From contig OZ025804.1 in the NCBI GenBank assembly GCA_964019425.1, positions 868,001 to 932,000 on the forward strand: a DNA stretch of 64,000 bases. The letters are read 5' to 3'. This document shows positions 53,608 to 64,000 of the stretch, piece after piece; within the stretch, counting starts at the first letter, position 1, and every line of letters starts with the position of its first letter. The position numbers and the translations under genes are program-made. The stretch comes from Flectonema sp. DT1601. Its lineage: Eukaryota. The notes beneath the pieces are model-generated. The model was not told where the DNA came from. It searched no databases and saw only the letters and a list, made by a program, of their open reading frames with translations.

Positions 53608-54580
53608 GTCTGACTCACGACAACCTTTGACTTTCTAAAGTGTTAATTGGTAGTTATTATCCCCCGCCCTAGTGTGAACACTGCTGCTTTTTTTGCAGCA
53701 CCTACGTGACGATGATGAGAAAACACAGATGGAGACATTGTTCTGTTTAGGGTTCGAGTATCTGTTTAGTGATTACCTTACCCATATCAATTGTCCCCTG
53801 GCACTTTTATTTTATTTTATTTTGCTTGTAGTATCGAGCACACCATATCATATAATATAAAAAAAAAAAAAAAAAATTTACTTTTGGATTTCCACCAAAA
53901 GTTAAACCTGTCATCCCACAGATACAGTTTGTCGTCTTTCAAGAAATTGTTTTTATATCTAGTGAGAAGGAGCAGAGTGATCTGCCAGAGCTCTATCTCT
54001 TCAGTTATTCGATTGTTCTCAAAGTGAAAGAGGGTAACGATTCCTCTCCATAACAAAACTGGGATTCTGTTCCCAACTTCATTAAGAACTACCTTGCTCT
54101 GCTGCTGCCTCCTTTTTACCGCAACGAACACTCGTAAAATAGTTAAAATTATATAAATATTTAACAGCTGCAAAAGTAAAACTGTTCGTCGCGAATGGGA
54201 ATTGGCGCGTGGAAATCCTCCTCTCACGAGGCAATCACTCCTTCGGAAACGTACAATGAAATGCGGTCGGGTTGCGGGGAAGAGAAAACAAAAAAAAGGA
54301 AAAAGAAAAGTGTTTCTATTCTTCTCATGTTCATTATTTCTAAAATTCCGACATATCAGAAAACTACCTGTTCCTCAACAGTTCATAAGTATGTGATCTG
54401 ATGCAGTCAGGAGGGTGAGATCAAGTCTTATGAATAGTAAAACAATTATTCTACTTTATCAGGCAACATAATATGCAACCATTCGCTCACTCTGATGAGG
54501 AATGAACATCTGCATGTGATGTGAACAACTTTATTGAAATTAGAGTTCGAACAAATTGATTAGAAGAATAGATTAAAGAA

Positions 54581-57559
54581 ATGAGCAGCTACGTTGGAGG
54601 TGTCGCGGCTAGGGCACCACTACTACAAGGGATTGCACCCCGAAGGGGGAAGAACACATTAGGAGGGAATGGGATTGACTCGTCCGATGATGATTTCTTG
54701 GGTCATCCTCCAGGTGGAAGAGGATCACGACTTCCATACGCAGGTGGTAACAATGCAAATCGTAATAAACTTAGATTCTCTAGTGAGATAGCAATGTTAC
54801 AAGGAGCTTGGAATACATCTGGTGGTCAGATAGCACATATCACATCTGCCACGGTCACATTCTCGTACTACGATGGAACAGTTATTCCACCTTCTCAAGT
54901 CCTTCAAAATAATGGTGGGAATGTTTCCCTGATGGGCAGCACACTTATTAAGATTACTAAAGCACAAGCAGTGTGGAGTGATGGCGATATTTGGCAATTT
55001 ATGAACCAAAAAACAGTCAAACCTCCGCGTACCGCACCTGTGGCGCGTGCGTTACCTCTGACTGTTGCAGAACCCAAAGGCGTTTCATTATCAGCTGAGA
55101 ACACAAATAGTTTCTTGGATTCATCAACTGGGAGTACTACAGGTGATGTGAATAACGGAAATAGTTTTGTATTCCCAAATGGTGACGCGGTCGGAGGCAA
55201 CTACACGACGGGGAAATCAGTTTCGATTAAGAGTCCAATTGTTGATAATCACAATCCTGTTTCTCCATCTCACAGTGATGCAAGTGGAAGAGATGACCCT
55301 GTTGTTGCTCCCGTAGCTCACGTGGGAAGTCATATAAAAGGTGAAGACGAAGGGAGGTTGTCAGCTTCCTACTCCAGACATTTTCGAAAAATTAGAACAA
55401 AAGCTCGCGGACCTATTGACTGGTTGCTGTCATCTTTATGTTGTTTCCGTGGTATGCATTTTGTCGAAGGAGGTTCAACTGAGGTCAACACAAAATTGTA
55501 TTGTAAGAAGCTCAGAACTATTTTGTTTGCTTCCAATGTCGTGGAACTTACTCAGAATGACTTTGGTCATTTAGCAGGAGTTCTTTGTGAAGCCCTTCAC
55601 AGATATGCTGATGAACTTTCATTAAAAGAGAGATGGAATTTAATTAGTGAGGCAGCAGTCGATTTTCCTGACGGCGACCTAACCGCTGAAGTAACGAACC
55701 GCTGTGCGAAGGGACACAAAGTTCACCTTCCGTACAGTCTTCATCATTTAGTTAATGTTGTGCATATCTGGTGGAAATGTGATAAGGACCACTCGGGTAC
55801 TTTAAGTGTTTCAGAAGCCGTTGATATGATGAATTTACTGAACGTCAGAATGAAGAGTTCAGCGATTAAGAAATTAATTAACAACAATGCAAAGATCGGT
55901 GCAGACGGTAAAAAGGAAGTTGGATTTCGCGAATTTCAATCTTTCTTCGCGGAGCTTCCACCAAGACTCGAGATGACTTCAGAGTTTAACAATGCGATAT
56001 CTCATGTTGGTGATGGTGACTTTGTTGGATCTCTGTGGAAGTTTCTTACTAACAGACAAAATGAAAAAATTTCAATGGCAGAGGCTAAGAGATTGGCGAT
56101 TAATTGGGCAACGGTAAGGAGTGAGGAAGATACTGTGAATCCTTCATGGACGCCAGTTGAGTTTACTCGTTACTTAATTAGTGTTCAAAACTCATGGTGG
56201 GATAGCGATCGCTGTAAAGTATATCATGATATGGATCAACCGTTGTCTCATTATATTATTTCATCTTCTCACAACACTTATCTAACTGGAAATCAACTAT
56301 CCAGCGACAGCAGTGAACATCAATACACTTATGCGTTGATGCGTGGATGTAAATGCTTAGAAATTGATTGTTGGGACGGACCTGACGGAGAACCACTCGT
56401 TTATCACGGGCACACTGCTACTTCAAAAATTAAGTTTAAAGATGTAATAGCGGCCATTAATGAACATGCTTTTATTTGTACAGATTATCCTGTTATTCTT
56501 AGTCTGGAAGTGCATACTTCAGAACAACAGCAGACAAGAATGGCTCACATCATGAAGGAAATATTTAAAGAAAAATTGCATCCGTGTGTTGCAAACACTA
56601 ACCTGTCGATAGATGATGCCAGCTTTACCCCAAATGGTCTCAGGGGGAAGATACTAATAAAAGGTCCGATGGACGTGTCTTCTCTTGAAGAGCGAGACAG
56701 TTCGGACGAAACTCCTCAGAAGGCTAAGAAAGGAACGAAAATTTCAACAGCACTCAGCTCAGTCGTTTTCTTGAAAAACACAAAATTACGACCGGCGGGG
56801 ATGACTGAGCATTTTGCACCTCAAGGAAAACCATGGGAGGTAACTAGCATCGTGGAAACAAAAGCTTTGAGGAAAGCTCATTCTAAAGACTTAGCTGAAT
56901 ACTGTGAGATGAATAAGTACGTCTTCACTAGAATTTACCCAAAAGGATCCAACGTACGATCAGAAAATTTTGTAGCGTCACCTATGTGGGCATGTGGAAG
57001 TCAGCTGGTTGCTCTTAATTTTCAAACACCAGATTTTCCCGTTCGGCTTAATCAATGTGTCTTTAAAAATAATGGAGGCTGTGGATACCTTTTGAAGCCA
57101 AGACGACTTCGAAAACCTGGAGTGGATCCAATTGAGAGCGGGCTACCAAGACACAGATTAATATTAAAAGTTATATCTGGAGGTAACTTACCAAAACCAG
57201 ATCTAGCGAGTAAGGGAGAAGTAATCGATCCTTTTGTTGTCGTCTTTATCACTGGAAGCGTCAGAGATCAACGCAACTCTCGTCAGTTTAAAACAAAATA
57301 TATCGACGACAACGGCTTCAATCCTGTTTGGAATGAAACATTCTATTTCTCAATAGAAGATATCGACTTAGCAGTTCTTACTATTCGAGTGATGGATAAA
57401 GATCCGTCTTTTACGACGGATGATTTCATAGCTGAAGCAAGCTGTCCTTTAAATTGCATTCGAAAGGGTATTCGATCCATCCCTTTGTACTCTGCTCATC
57501 ACGACGCTGTTAATGAGGCATTCGTTCTTTGTGATATTAATCTGTTCGAGGAACGATAA
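54581..57559 (+). CDS. PLC: Phosphoinositide-specific phospholipase C (EF-hand, X, Y and C2 domains)
   Basis: X-box motifs HDMDQPLSHYIISSSHNTYLTGNQL, EIDCWDGPDGEP..YHGHT and YPVILSLEVH. Y-box motifs RIYPKG and ALNFQT. C2 domain with NGFNPVWNE. EF-hand loop DKDHSGTLSVSE. Confidence 0.96.
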   Translation: MSSYVGGVAARAPLLQGIAPRRGKNTLGGNGIDSSDDDFLGHPPGGRGSRLPYAGGNNANRNKLRFSSEIAMLQGAWNTSGGQIAHITSATVTFSYYDGTVIPPSQVLQNNGGNVSLMGSTLIKITKAQAVWSDGDIWQFMNQKTVKPPRTAPVARALPLTVAEPKGVSLSAENTNSFLDSSTGSTTGDVNNGNSFVFPNGDAVGGNYTTGKSVSIKSPIVDNHNPVSPSHSDASGRDDPVVAPVAHVGSHIKGEDEGRLSASYSRHFRKIRTKARGPIDWLLSSLCCFRGMHFVEGGSTEVNTKLYCKKLRTILFASNVVELTQNDFGHLAGVLCEALHRYADELSLKERWNLISEAAVDFPDGDLTAEVTNRCAKGHKVHLPYSLHHLVNVVHIWWKCDKDHSGTLSVSEAVDMMNLLNVRMKSSAIKKLINNNAKIGADGKKEVGFREFQSFFAELPPRLEMTSEFNNAISHVGDGDFVGSLWKFLTNRQNEKISMAEAKRLAINWATVRSEEDTVNPSWTPVEFTRYLISVQNSWWDSDRCKVYHDMDQPLSHYIISSSHNTYLTGNQLSSDSSEHQYTYALMRGCKCLEIDCWDGPDGEPLVYHGHTATSKIKFKDVIAAINEHAFICTDYPVILSLEVHTSEQQQTRMAHIMKEIFKEKLHPCVANTNLSIDDASFTPNGLRGKILIKGPMDVSSLEERDSSDETPQKAKKGTKISTALSSVVFLKNTKLRPAGMTEHFAPQGKPWEVTSIVETKALRKAHSKDLAEYCEMNKYVFTRIYPKGSNVRSENFVASPMWACGSQLVALNFQTPDFPVRLNQCVFKNNGGCGYLLKPRRLRKPGVDPIESGLPRHRLILKVISGGNLPKPDLASKGEVIDPFVVVFITGSVRDQRNSRQFKTKYIDDNGFNPVWNETFYFSIEDIDLAVLTIRVMDKDPSFTTDDFIAEASCPLNCIRKGIRSIPLYSAHHDAVNEAFVLCDINLFEER

Positions 57560-59227
57560 AGTTAGTGATCAACATGTGTTGGGTTGAGATTGTTATTTAT
57601 TTAGTTAGTTAGCAAGTCCATCAGACCACCGAGTATCGGTTAGGTAGACACTTAAAGAGTACCGGGTAGCTCTTTTGAGTGCCCCTGTATAAACTGAGGT
57701 AGAAGGAAGAACCTATTTTATGAATAAATTCGGCGGTTGGTATGAAAAAAATTCGAAGAAAAACAAAAGCTCTCGTAAGTCTTCTCTGTCGGTGGATCGG
57801 CGCAACCATATTTTAATTACAGCTATCAAATAAAACAGCGCTACTTGCGAATATTCCCCAGCTGTTGGAGCGCCTGTTCGCTTCGATTTATCTCATTTTT
57901 TCATATTTTTGTTGTTTTTTTTTCCCACTTTACTTTTTTGTAGTAGTATTGTTGTGATTTTCCGAAGTTTGTGAGCTTTAGGATGAAAAAGGCTTGCGTG
58001 TTTGTCAACTTAACAAGAAGACAATTAATGTACAGGTACTGCACACCAACAGAACTATCTGCGTTAGACAGCTGATAATGTACAACACCCGTACTCTTCC
58101 GATGATGTGGAGGGATCCGTCTGTTGGGAGTCGTACCTGATTAGTTATATTCTTATTCGGTTGGCTGGAATGATATTCATTCTTGTTTTTTTTTTTTTTT
58201 TTTTTTTGTTCAGTCTTTTTCGATCTTTCCTGTTATATTTCGGTTTCTTGCCACCAGGTGGTATTTTTGGGCCAAAAAACCCTTTTTTTTGTTTCCCCCT
58301 TTTTTTTTTTTCTTCGTCTTTTTTTGTTTTTCGTTCTTGTTCTTTTGCGAACAGGAAAATACAAAGTTACGTAAAAATATGGGATTGGTGTGTTTTGCGA
58401 ATCGAATCGCGTTGAACCTCTCAGCCTTGTTGAGTGTTACCTAATTCAAGTTGCAATGAATCTGGACTTGGTATCTGTCTTCTCATCACACAAGTCCATG
58501 AGATGAAATACTTTCTGAGGAGGACATTATTAAAAAGAGTCCATCTCAAACCTAATTAGTGATTCAAGTGATCGGTTGGAGCGCTCACTATTATAAAAAC
58601 CCAGCAGGGGTTCGATTACTTTACAATCCAGTTGATGGATTGAGTTTTCTGTTACTCTCTTTTTGTGAATTACTTGGTGGAAACATAAAAATAATGTTCG
58701 AATTTTACTATCAGACTATTCATTCACTTTGGTTCTCAGAAATTATTAAATTATAGAACTGCGTGCTCATTTACTTACGCACCTGAAAACTCTTTTGTGG
58801 ATGACTAAAAGAACTTATTCCAAAATGGGAATCAGTCGTCTCTTACTAGACACAACTTAGAATGCATTGCTGGTTTTACTGCGAGCCTTTCAGATATATT
58901 ACGTAGTGAATCGAAAGAAGAAATGAAAACTGTTCGGAATTTTTGCCATCCTCATTAATACGTTCTGTTATTACAAAATAAATATTCGATTGCGGAGAGA
59001 ACGATAATACGAACAAACCTTTTCCGTTATGTACGTCTTCAAAAAATATCTTACCGCGCATTCTGTTGTTGCCGTCTAAATTATTAATACTTGCGACAGA
59101 GAAAAGTAATTCATATTAACAGCGAAGACACTTTGCAAGATGCTTCTTTGGAATTACACGTGATCTTCGTCTTATCCCCGAGTGAACTTATCACAATTAG
59201 TTACAGCATCAAATAACAACAAACAAT

Positions 59228-59812
59228 ATGGAAGACGCAATGTCTGATATGCAGCAATGGCTTGATGATGTATTTGGAAGTCTGGCAGAAGGTCACGAGG
59301 AAGTAATGGGAGAGCTTGGAATTGCTTGGAAGAATAGTACACTTGGAGGGTATGAAGTAAGTTGGGAGGGACTTCAAAATGCGACCAGCGAAGCCACAAC
59401 GCAGGCATATGACGAGGCGCACAAGTTTTTCCTGGCAGTTGATTGGAGCGAGCCATGGATTCAAGCGATGTTGAGTTTCCACTTTCTTATTTGGTCAGTT
59501 TGGGTTGTTTCAACTATGAGAGGATGTAGTAGTGAATTTAAGATTATTTTATTTGTCATATGTGCTGCTCTCTGCGGATCTGCTTCTCTTCTCAACTCCC
59601 TCGGCGCAGAACACTGGGAAAAGTTTTCATCCGAAAACTACTTTGATGAACACGGGGTCTTCCTCGCCATCACTTGGTGTACACCACTAGTCGTATTGTT
59701 GTTGTTTCTGTTGTTGCAAATGTTGTTTGACGTCGCCAAGCTGATGGTTAACATTAAGGTCCAGCAGCTAAAGAGAAAAAGAGGAAAAGAACAGAAGAAG
59801 AAGAAAAACTGA
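59228..59812 (+). CDS. TMEM18: Transmembrane protein 18 family
   Basis: Motifs AVDWSEPWI and LNSLGAEHWEKFSSENYFDEHGVF, several hydrophobic helices, and a basic C-terminal tail. Confidence 0.88.
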   Translation: MEDAMSDMQQWLDDVFGSLAEGHEEVMGELGIAWKNSTLGGYEVSWEGLQNATSEATTQAYDEAHKFFLAVDWSEPWIQAMLSFHFLIWSVWVVSTMRGCSSEFKIILFVICAALCGSASLLNSLGAEHWEKFSSENYFDEHGVFLAITWCTPLVVLLLFLLLQMLFDVAKLMVNIKVQQLKRKRGKEQKKKKN

Positions 59813-60724
59813 ACAGCCTTTTGATTTTGCGGACTTCTCACTCTGTCTTGTCGGAATATTTATTAAGTCACGAAGTGGTACTTAAAAGAGAAAATCCCCT
59901 GTTTAGTTTTCTGCGTGGAAATGGGAGTACCAAAAGTAAACAAGAGAGGAAAGGCTGCATAAGCGATTCTATTTTTATCTTGTAAGCTCAAACTGGAAAT
60001 GGAAGGCTCCTCCGAAGTGTTGTTGTTGTGCCAGTCCATCGCATACACCAGATCGAGAGATGATTTTGATCGAATCATTTGAACTCTTTTTTATTTTTCA
60101 AGCGGAAAGATGATAGAGAGCATTGCACAAAAAAAAAAAAAAAAAAAAAGGGCTATGAGATTCAGATGAGAAGTATTTGCAAGTTTTCACATGAAAAACT
60201 CTTTCGGTTTACTTCCTAGCTGTGAAGGTTATGATTGTTATGTTGATTGAAACTTCAAACCGAGGCAGCATTCTTATTTCTCTTTGTCAGCGAAAAAAGG
60301 TAATCCTTACAACATATTAATATTTGAGAGAGAGAGAACGCTATTAAGCTTTGTTTGTTGTTTATTGAATTGGTAGTTAAATTCTACAACAGAAATTCAA
60401 AATATGGCAATGAAATTATTGAAAGGTTGCTTTCAGATAAAAAGTGATATAATTCTATTAAATTATTTTATTTCAAAGGGTCCTGTTCATGAAAACAATG
60501 GTCGGTGGTGGTGTTTTAAAGATTTAGGAATTCAGATGAGACGCCTGCGGGAGCTAGCTCCATCCCATACAGCTTGTACGCACAAAGGGGCCTGTTCTGG
60601 CGCCTTCCCAAATTCACTCCTTTGATAACTGCAATTGAATGCCTTTAAGTTTTTGAAATGTTCCTACTTGGCACTTTTTTTTATAAAGAATTTTGCTAAG
60701 AAATGTTCATTTTTATTTTTAGGA

Positions 60725-60865
60725 AAATTCTCCGTTGCCTGTAACCTTAACTTTTTTTTCTCTGTTGCCTGCACCCAAAAAGTTTTTTCGCTGTTGCGAA
60801 CAACTCTCTTTTTTTTTTTTTTCGCTGTTGGGTACCAGCACTTTTTTTTTTTCTCCGTCAGCCTT
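60725..60865. repeat. Five degenerate ~30-bp repeats (T-tract followed by a CTGTTG-like core)
   Basis: TCTCCGTTGCCTGTAACC, TCTCTGTTGCCTGCACC, TCGCTGTTGCGAAC, TCGCTGTTGGGTACC and TCTCCGTCAGCC, separated mostly by T-runs. Confidence 0.5.
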
Positions 60866-62839
60866 CACATTAGCAAGCAACCAGTCCTGAGTACTTAAGA
60901 ACCCGACCATTACGTGCATTAGTCACAGTCACACTTAGTATAGCGTTAGTACAGGGGACACGGATCTGCTATGCGGGGCAACTTTTTCATATGTGCAGAC
61001 ACATAGTCAGCTACACTTGGAGATTTTCTTAGTCTCTTTAAGCTACTATGTTTCCGGCATCTTAGAGATTGAGAATAAGAGTTGAGAGTTCGTAGTAAAA
61101 GAGTAAAAGCCTAGAGAGAAAAACGTTTGTGGTTAGGAACCTGAACGTTTTACTGAACGAAGCACCGTAGGCAACCAGTTTCCTTCGAGAACCCGCAGGT
61201 GGTGCAGGGCTAAACCGAGATGAGGAAGATAACACCCGCACACGGATGTTGAGATAACGTTTGTATGATGTTCACCTGACTTGACGAGATTAGCAAAGAC
61301 AAGTACTCACGGATAGGTTGGGTTGTTCGTCAGGTCCCGATAGTGTTCTCAGCCTCTGAAAGTTTTACTGAGTGCATGCAAAGAACGGTATGTGTGCAGG
61401 GCTGGGTCACCTTACAGAGAACTGCTGTCCTCTTGCACATCATTCCAACCGAATTTCAAAGTCAAGACACCTGCGAGTTACAGGCAGCCATCGGGATAGA
61501 AATGAATAAAGCAAGAACATTGTACAAAGTGAATTGTACCATTGGTTAAACTAATTTTCCTGTAGACAGAGCGAAAGAAAGGGTTAAGCCACAAGTACTA
61601 ACAGAGCAAGATTTCCATACATTCACAACGGGGCGCCGCCCGATCGCGGGACATGCGCCGTCACGCGCCACATCACGAGTAAAGAAAGCCCTGACCGCCA
61701 GTGTGACCTCCCTGTGCTTGCGAGTTCTAATTTTCGTAGGGTCTGCCCTCGAAGGCAAGTCCGCCGGGTTCAGCTGCGATCGCACTTAGCGCCGCTTGAT
61801 CTTCGACGAGACCTTCATGATTGAAATCCACCCAAGAAGGTCCACGTGTTACTTGCTGGCTTCCACGTCAGAATTCCTCACCCGCGCCGCCTGTGTATCG
61901 AATGTTGTCTATGAAGACATCAATCTGCACCCTGGTCTTACGTAACCTGTCTCCATCTTTGCAGTTTGTGGTAATCCTGCCAAATCCATCACCGGCACAC
62001 CACACACATGTAACGGCCTCCACCGGCGTGCCAACCCTCACAGCAGCTTAGTCGCCTTCCAAGCCCCCATGGCCAGGGAAGAGGTTGCCATGGTTTCGAA
62101 CATGTGGGCTTCCGAAACGTCACAGGCATATCCACTCCCTGAAGCATGGCAACTCCCATCCGTTTGGGCAAGTTTGTTTTGACCAGCCCTGCCCCTGGAA
62201 CGGCCTCCTGTCCCGTGGTTGCTTCGAGGCTCGTTGTCCCTCCCCAACCCCGTCCATGACCAACCTGGTCGGGCATTGCCAGCTGACTGTAGCCCCGGCC
62301 CCGGCCGTTTTTTTTCACTGCCGACGCAGCCACCACCTTGCCTCCCATGAACGGCACTTCCGGTTTGTGTGCTTCTCCGCTGCCTTCCTTGCCTCGGGTG
62401 TGGGAGACCTCCAAGAGCTTGCTTTCGTAGCCTCGCTGTTCTCGTGGCACCGATAATACCTAAGCATCTTGAGTATCTCGAGGGAACCCCGGTCCACTTG
62501 TCACCGCGAGCACCGCCAGCCTCCTCGCATTCTCCCGTCCACTTCCCGTTTCCGGAGAACCCCCTCGATTGCTCATTGCAACGCCTCATAATCCTGCGCA
62601 GCAAATCCAGCCCACATCTGGTGATTTGGTTCCCAGCCGCCTGAGTTGAATTTAGGTTGGGTTCGCACAACATATCAAAAAAAGAAAATGAATGGGAGGG
62701 GACAGCAGGAAAGAAAAAGAAGGGAAAAAAACCGAATGGAAAATAATATCTAAATAAAAGTCTGTATAAGGAGAATTTTTATCTTTGCTGCCTGCTTGCA
62801 TCTAACTGTTAGAATAGCCACGCTCTCGGATGACTAATT

Positions 62840-62963
62840 TTAATTAAGTGATTGCTCAACAAGCCCTCTTCTGTTTGGATTGTTTTTCAACAAGAAATTT
62901 CCAAGAAAATCAACTGGGTTTTCAGGCCTCTCTTGTTAAGGCTGCAAGTCCTTGTAATACCAG
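62840..62963 (-). pseudogene. DPY-30-like dimerization/docking-domain gene fragment embedded in the retroelement
   Basis: Minus strand reads LVLQGLAALTRE, then after a 2-nt slip in an AG run RPENPVDFLGNFLLKNNPNRRGLVEQSLN*. An AT-rich UTR-like stretch follows. Confidence 0.75.
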
Positions 62964-63084
62964 AAATTGTTGGCTGGTTCCTTCTTCTTCTTGGCACCCA
63001 ACATCACCGACAAATTCGACAGTATGTCAGTCAATTCCCCTACCCCGTTGCCCGCAAAGGTAGGCGGCGACGCCGATGTTTGTA

Positions 63085-63230
63085 ATTGCTGTTGCTGTTG
63101 CTGTTGTTGCTGTTGCTGTTGTTGCTGTTGCTGTTGCAGTAGCTGATGTTGCTGCTGTTGCATTTGTTGCTGTTGCTGTTGCTGTTGTTGCTGATCTTGT
63201 TGTTGTTGCAGATGTTGTTGCTGTTGCCGT
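63085..63230 (-). repeat. CAG/CAA microsatellite encoding polyglutamine in the gag-like frame
   Basis: (TGT TGC)n runs on the + strand. The ORF track shows polyQ in 63235-62936. Confidence 0.9.
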
Positions 63231-64000
63231 CTCAAATCCGCAAGCTCTTCGCTTGCAGTTGTTGCTGTTGCATTTGGGCTTTCATTAAGTCTCGAAGCTC
63301 CGCCATACCAGACAATTCTTGTCCCTGTCGTTGCTGTTGCCCCAACTGTTCCTTTACAACTCCTTCCGGGTCTGTGTACTCCGCATTGTTCCGCCCGTTG
63401 CGACGCGATTTGTGCCCGGAGGTCCGCAACTTCCTTGTTGGTGTTGGTGTTGCACCTGCTGGCGTTGCTCCTGCACCTTCTGTTGTTGTTGCTGTTCTTG
63501 CAGCTTTTCTTGTTGTGTCCGTACCTCCGCTTCCACTGCGCCTTGGCGTTGTGCTACTTGCCCCAGTGCCTGCCCCGTCACAGCCTGCACCCCGGCTAAC
63601 CGTTGGTCCGTCCCAAACAGACCACCCATCCCCTGCTCTGTGTTCTCGTGCCTCGCCGCCAACCCACGCAGCCGAGGAGGCCAGCACTTCGCTGGCCTCC
63701 TCGGTACTAACATAGTCCGTCATGACTACGTCAACTGCGGCGGCGGGTGGGAAAACTGCCCCTTCTCGCACTACCAACTGACCGCGCGAATCAGACATCC
63801 CCACTAGGTATCCACAAAATACCTCTGGCTTTTTCTCGGCCACCGTCAAGAGCACAAACACCCCACGTGCCGATGCCCTGCTCACTACCTCCTTCGTCTT
63901 CAAAAGACGTGCCAACAGCACGTCGTTCATCCACCTCTCGGCGGAGTCGTCGCTACCCTCGTCGGTACCCACCAAAACGCCCCTTCGGCGGTTGCCATCC

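Larger units (their letters stand above)
60897..64000 (-). mobile_element. Degenerate, internally deleted retrotransposon of the tyrosine-recombinase (DIRS/Ngaro/VIPER/TATE-like) group; 5' end lies beyond the window and the left boundary is approximate
   Basis: Minus-strand gag-like frames with polyQ (63975-62960). RT remnants LAMG, VFIDNIRYTG (~61918-61889) and TFLG/DFNH. RNase H terminal motif VRSQLNPADLPSR (61785-61747). GC is visibly higher than the host intergenic DNA, with many stops and frameshifts. No recombinase motif was identified. Confidence 0.72.

Noticed and set aside
62315..62560. Possible tyrosine-recombinase C-terminus (..LKMLRYY..)
   Set aside because: No HxxR or other catalytic motifs can be read. 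It is more simply the continuation of the gag-like frame.

Overview
Eukaryotic nuclear DNA, most likely a euglenozoan protist of the diplonemid type. This is an inference from 14 host genes that all lie on the + strand, short GT-AG introns, U-rich candidate trans-splice acceptors and a VIPER/TATE-like retroelement. In order, the window holds: the end of a 131-bp tandem repeat; a ubiquitin-like domain fused to a putative 2OG-Fe(II) oxygenase domain; a basic, probably mitochondrial protein; a multidomain papain-family protease; a TEY-type MAP kinase; two tandem class I/II PLP aminotransferases (AADAT-like); one giant three-exon VPS13-family gene (~9,312 aa when spliced) with a dead piggyBac in its second intron; an unknown acidic protein; centrin; a HINT protein; proteasome alpha-2; valyl-tRNA synthetase; PI-PLC; TMEM18; and a degenerate minus-strand retroelement carrying a captured DPY-30-like gene fragment. 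The most notable observations are: (1) the roughly triple-length VPS13 with a repeated N-terminal-type motif and a CaaX tail; (2) all 15 inferred cis-introns end in an A/C-rich tract plus ACAG, whereas U-rich AG sites sit upstream of start codons; (3) every long intron has a base-paired interior; (4) host-gene capture inside the retroelement. All gene models and base pairings were derived by eye, and no searches or folding programs were run.
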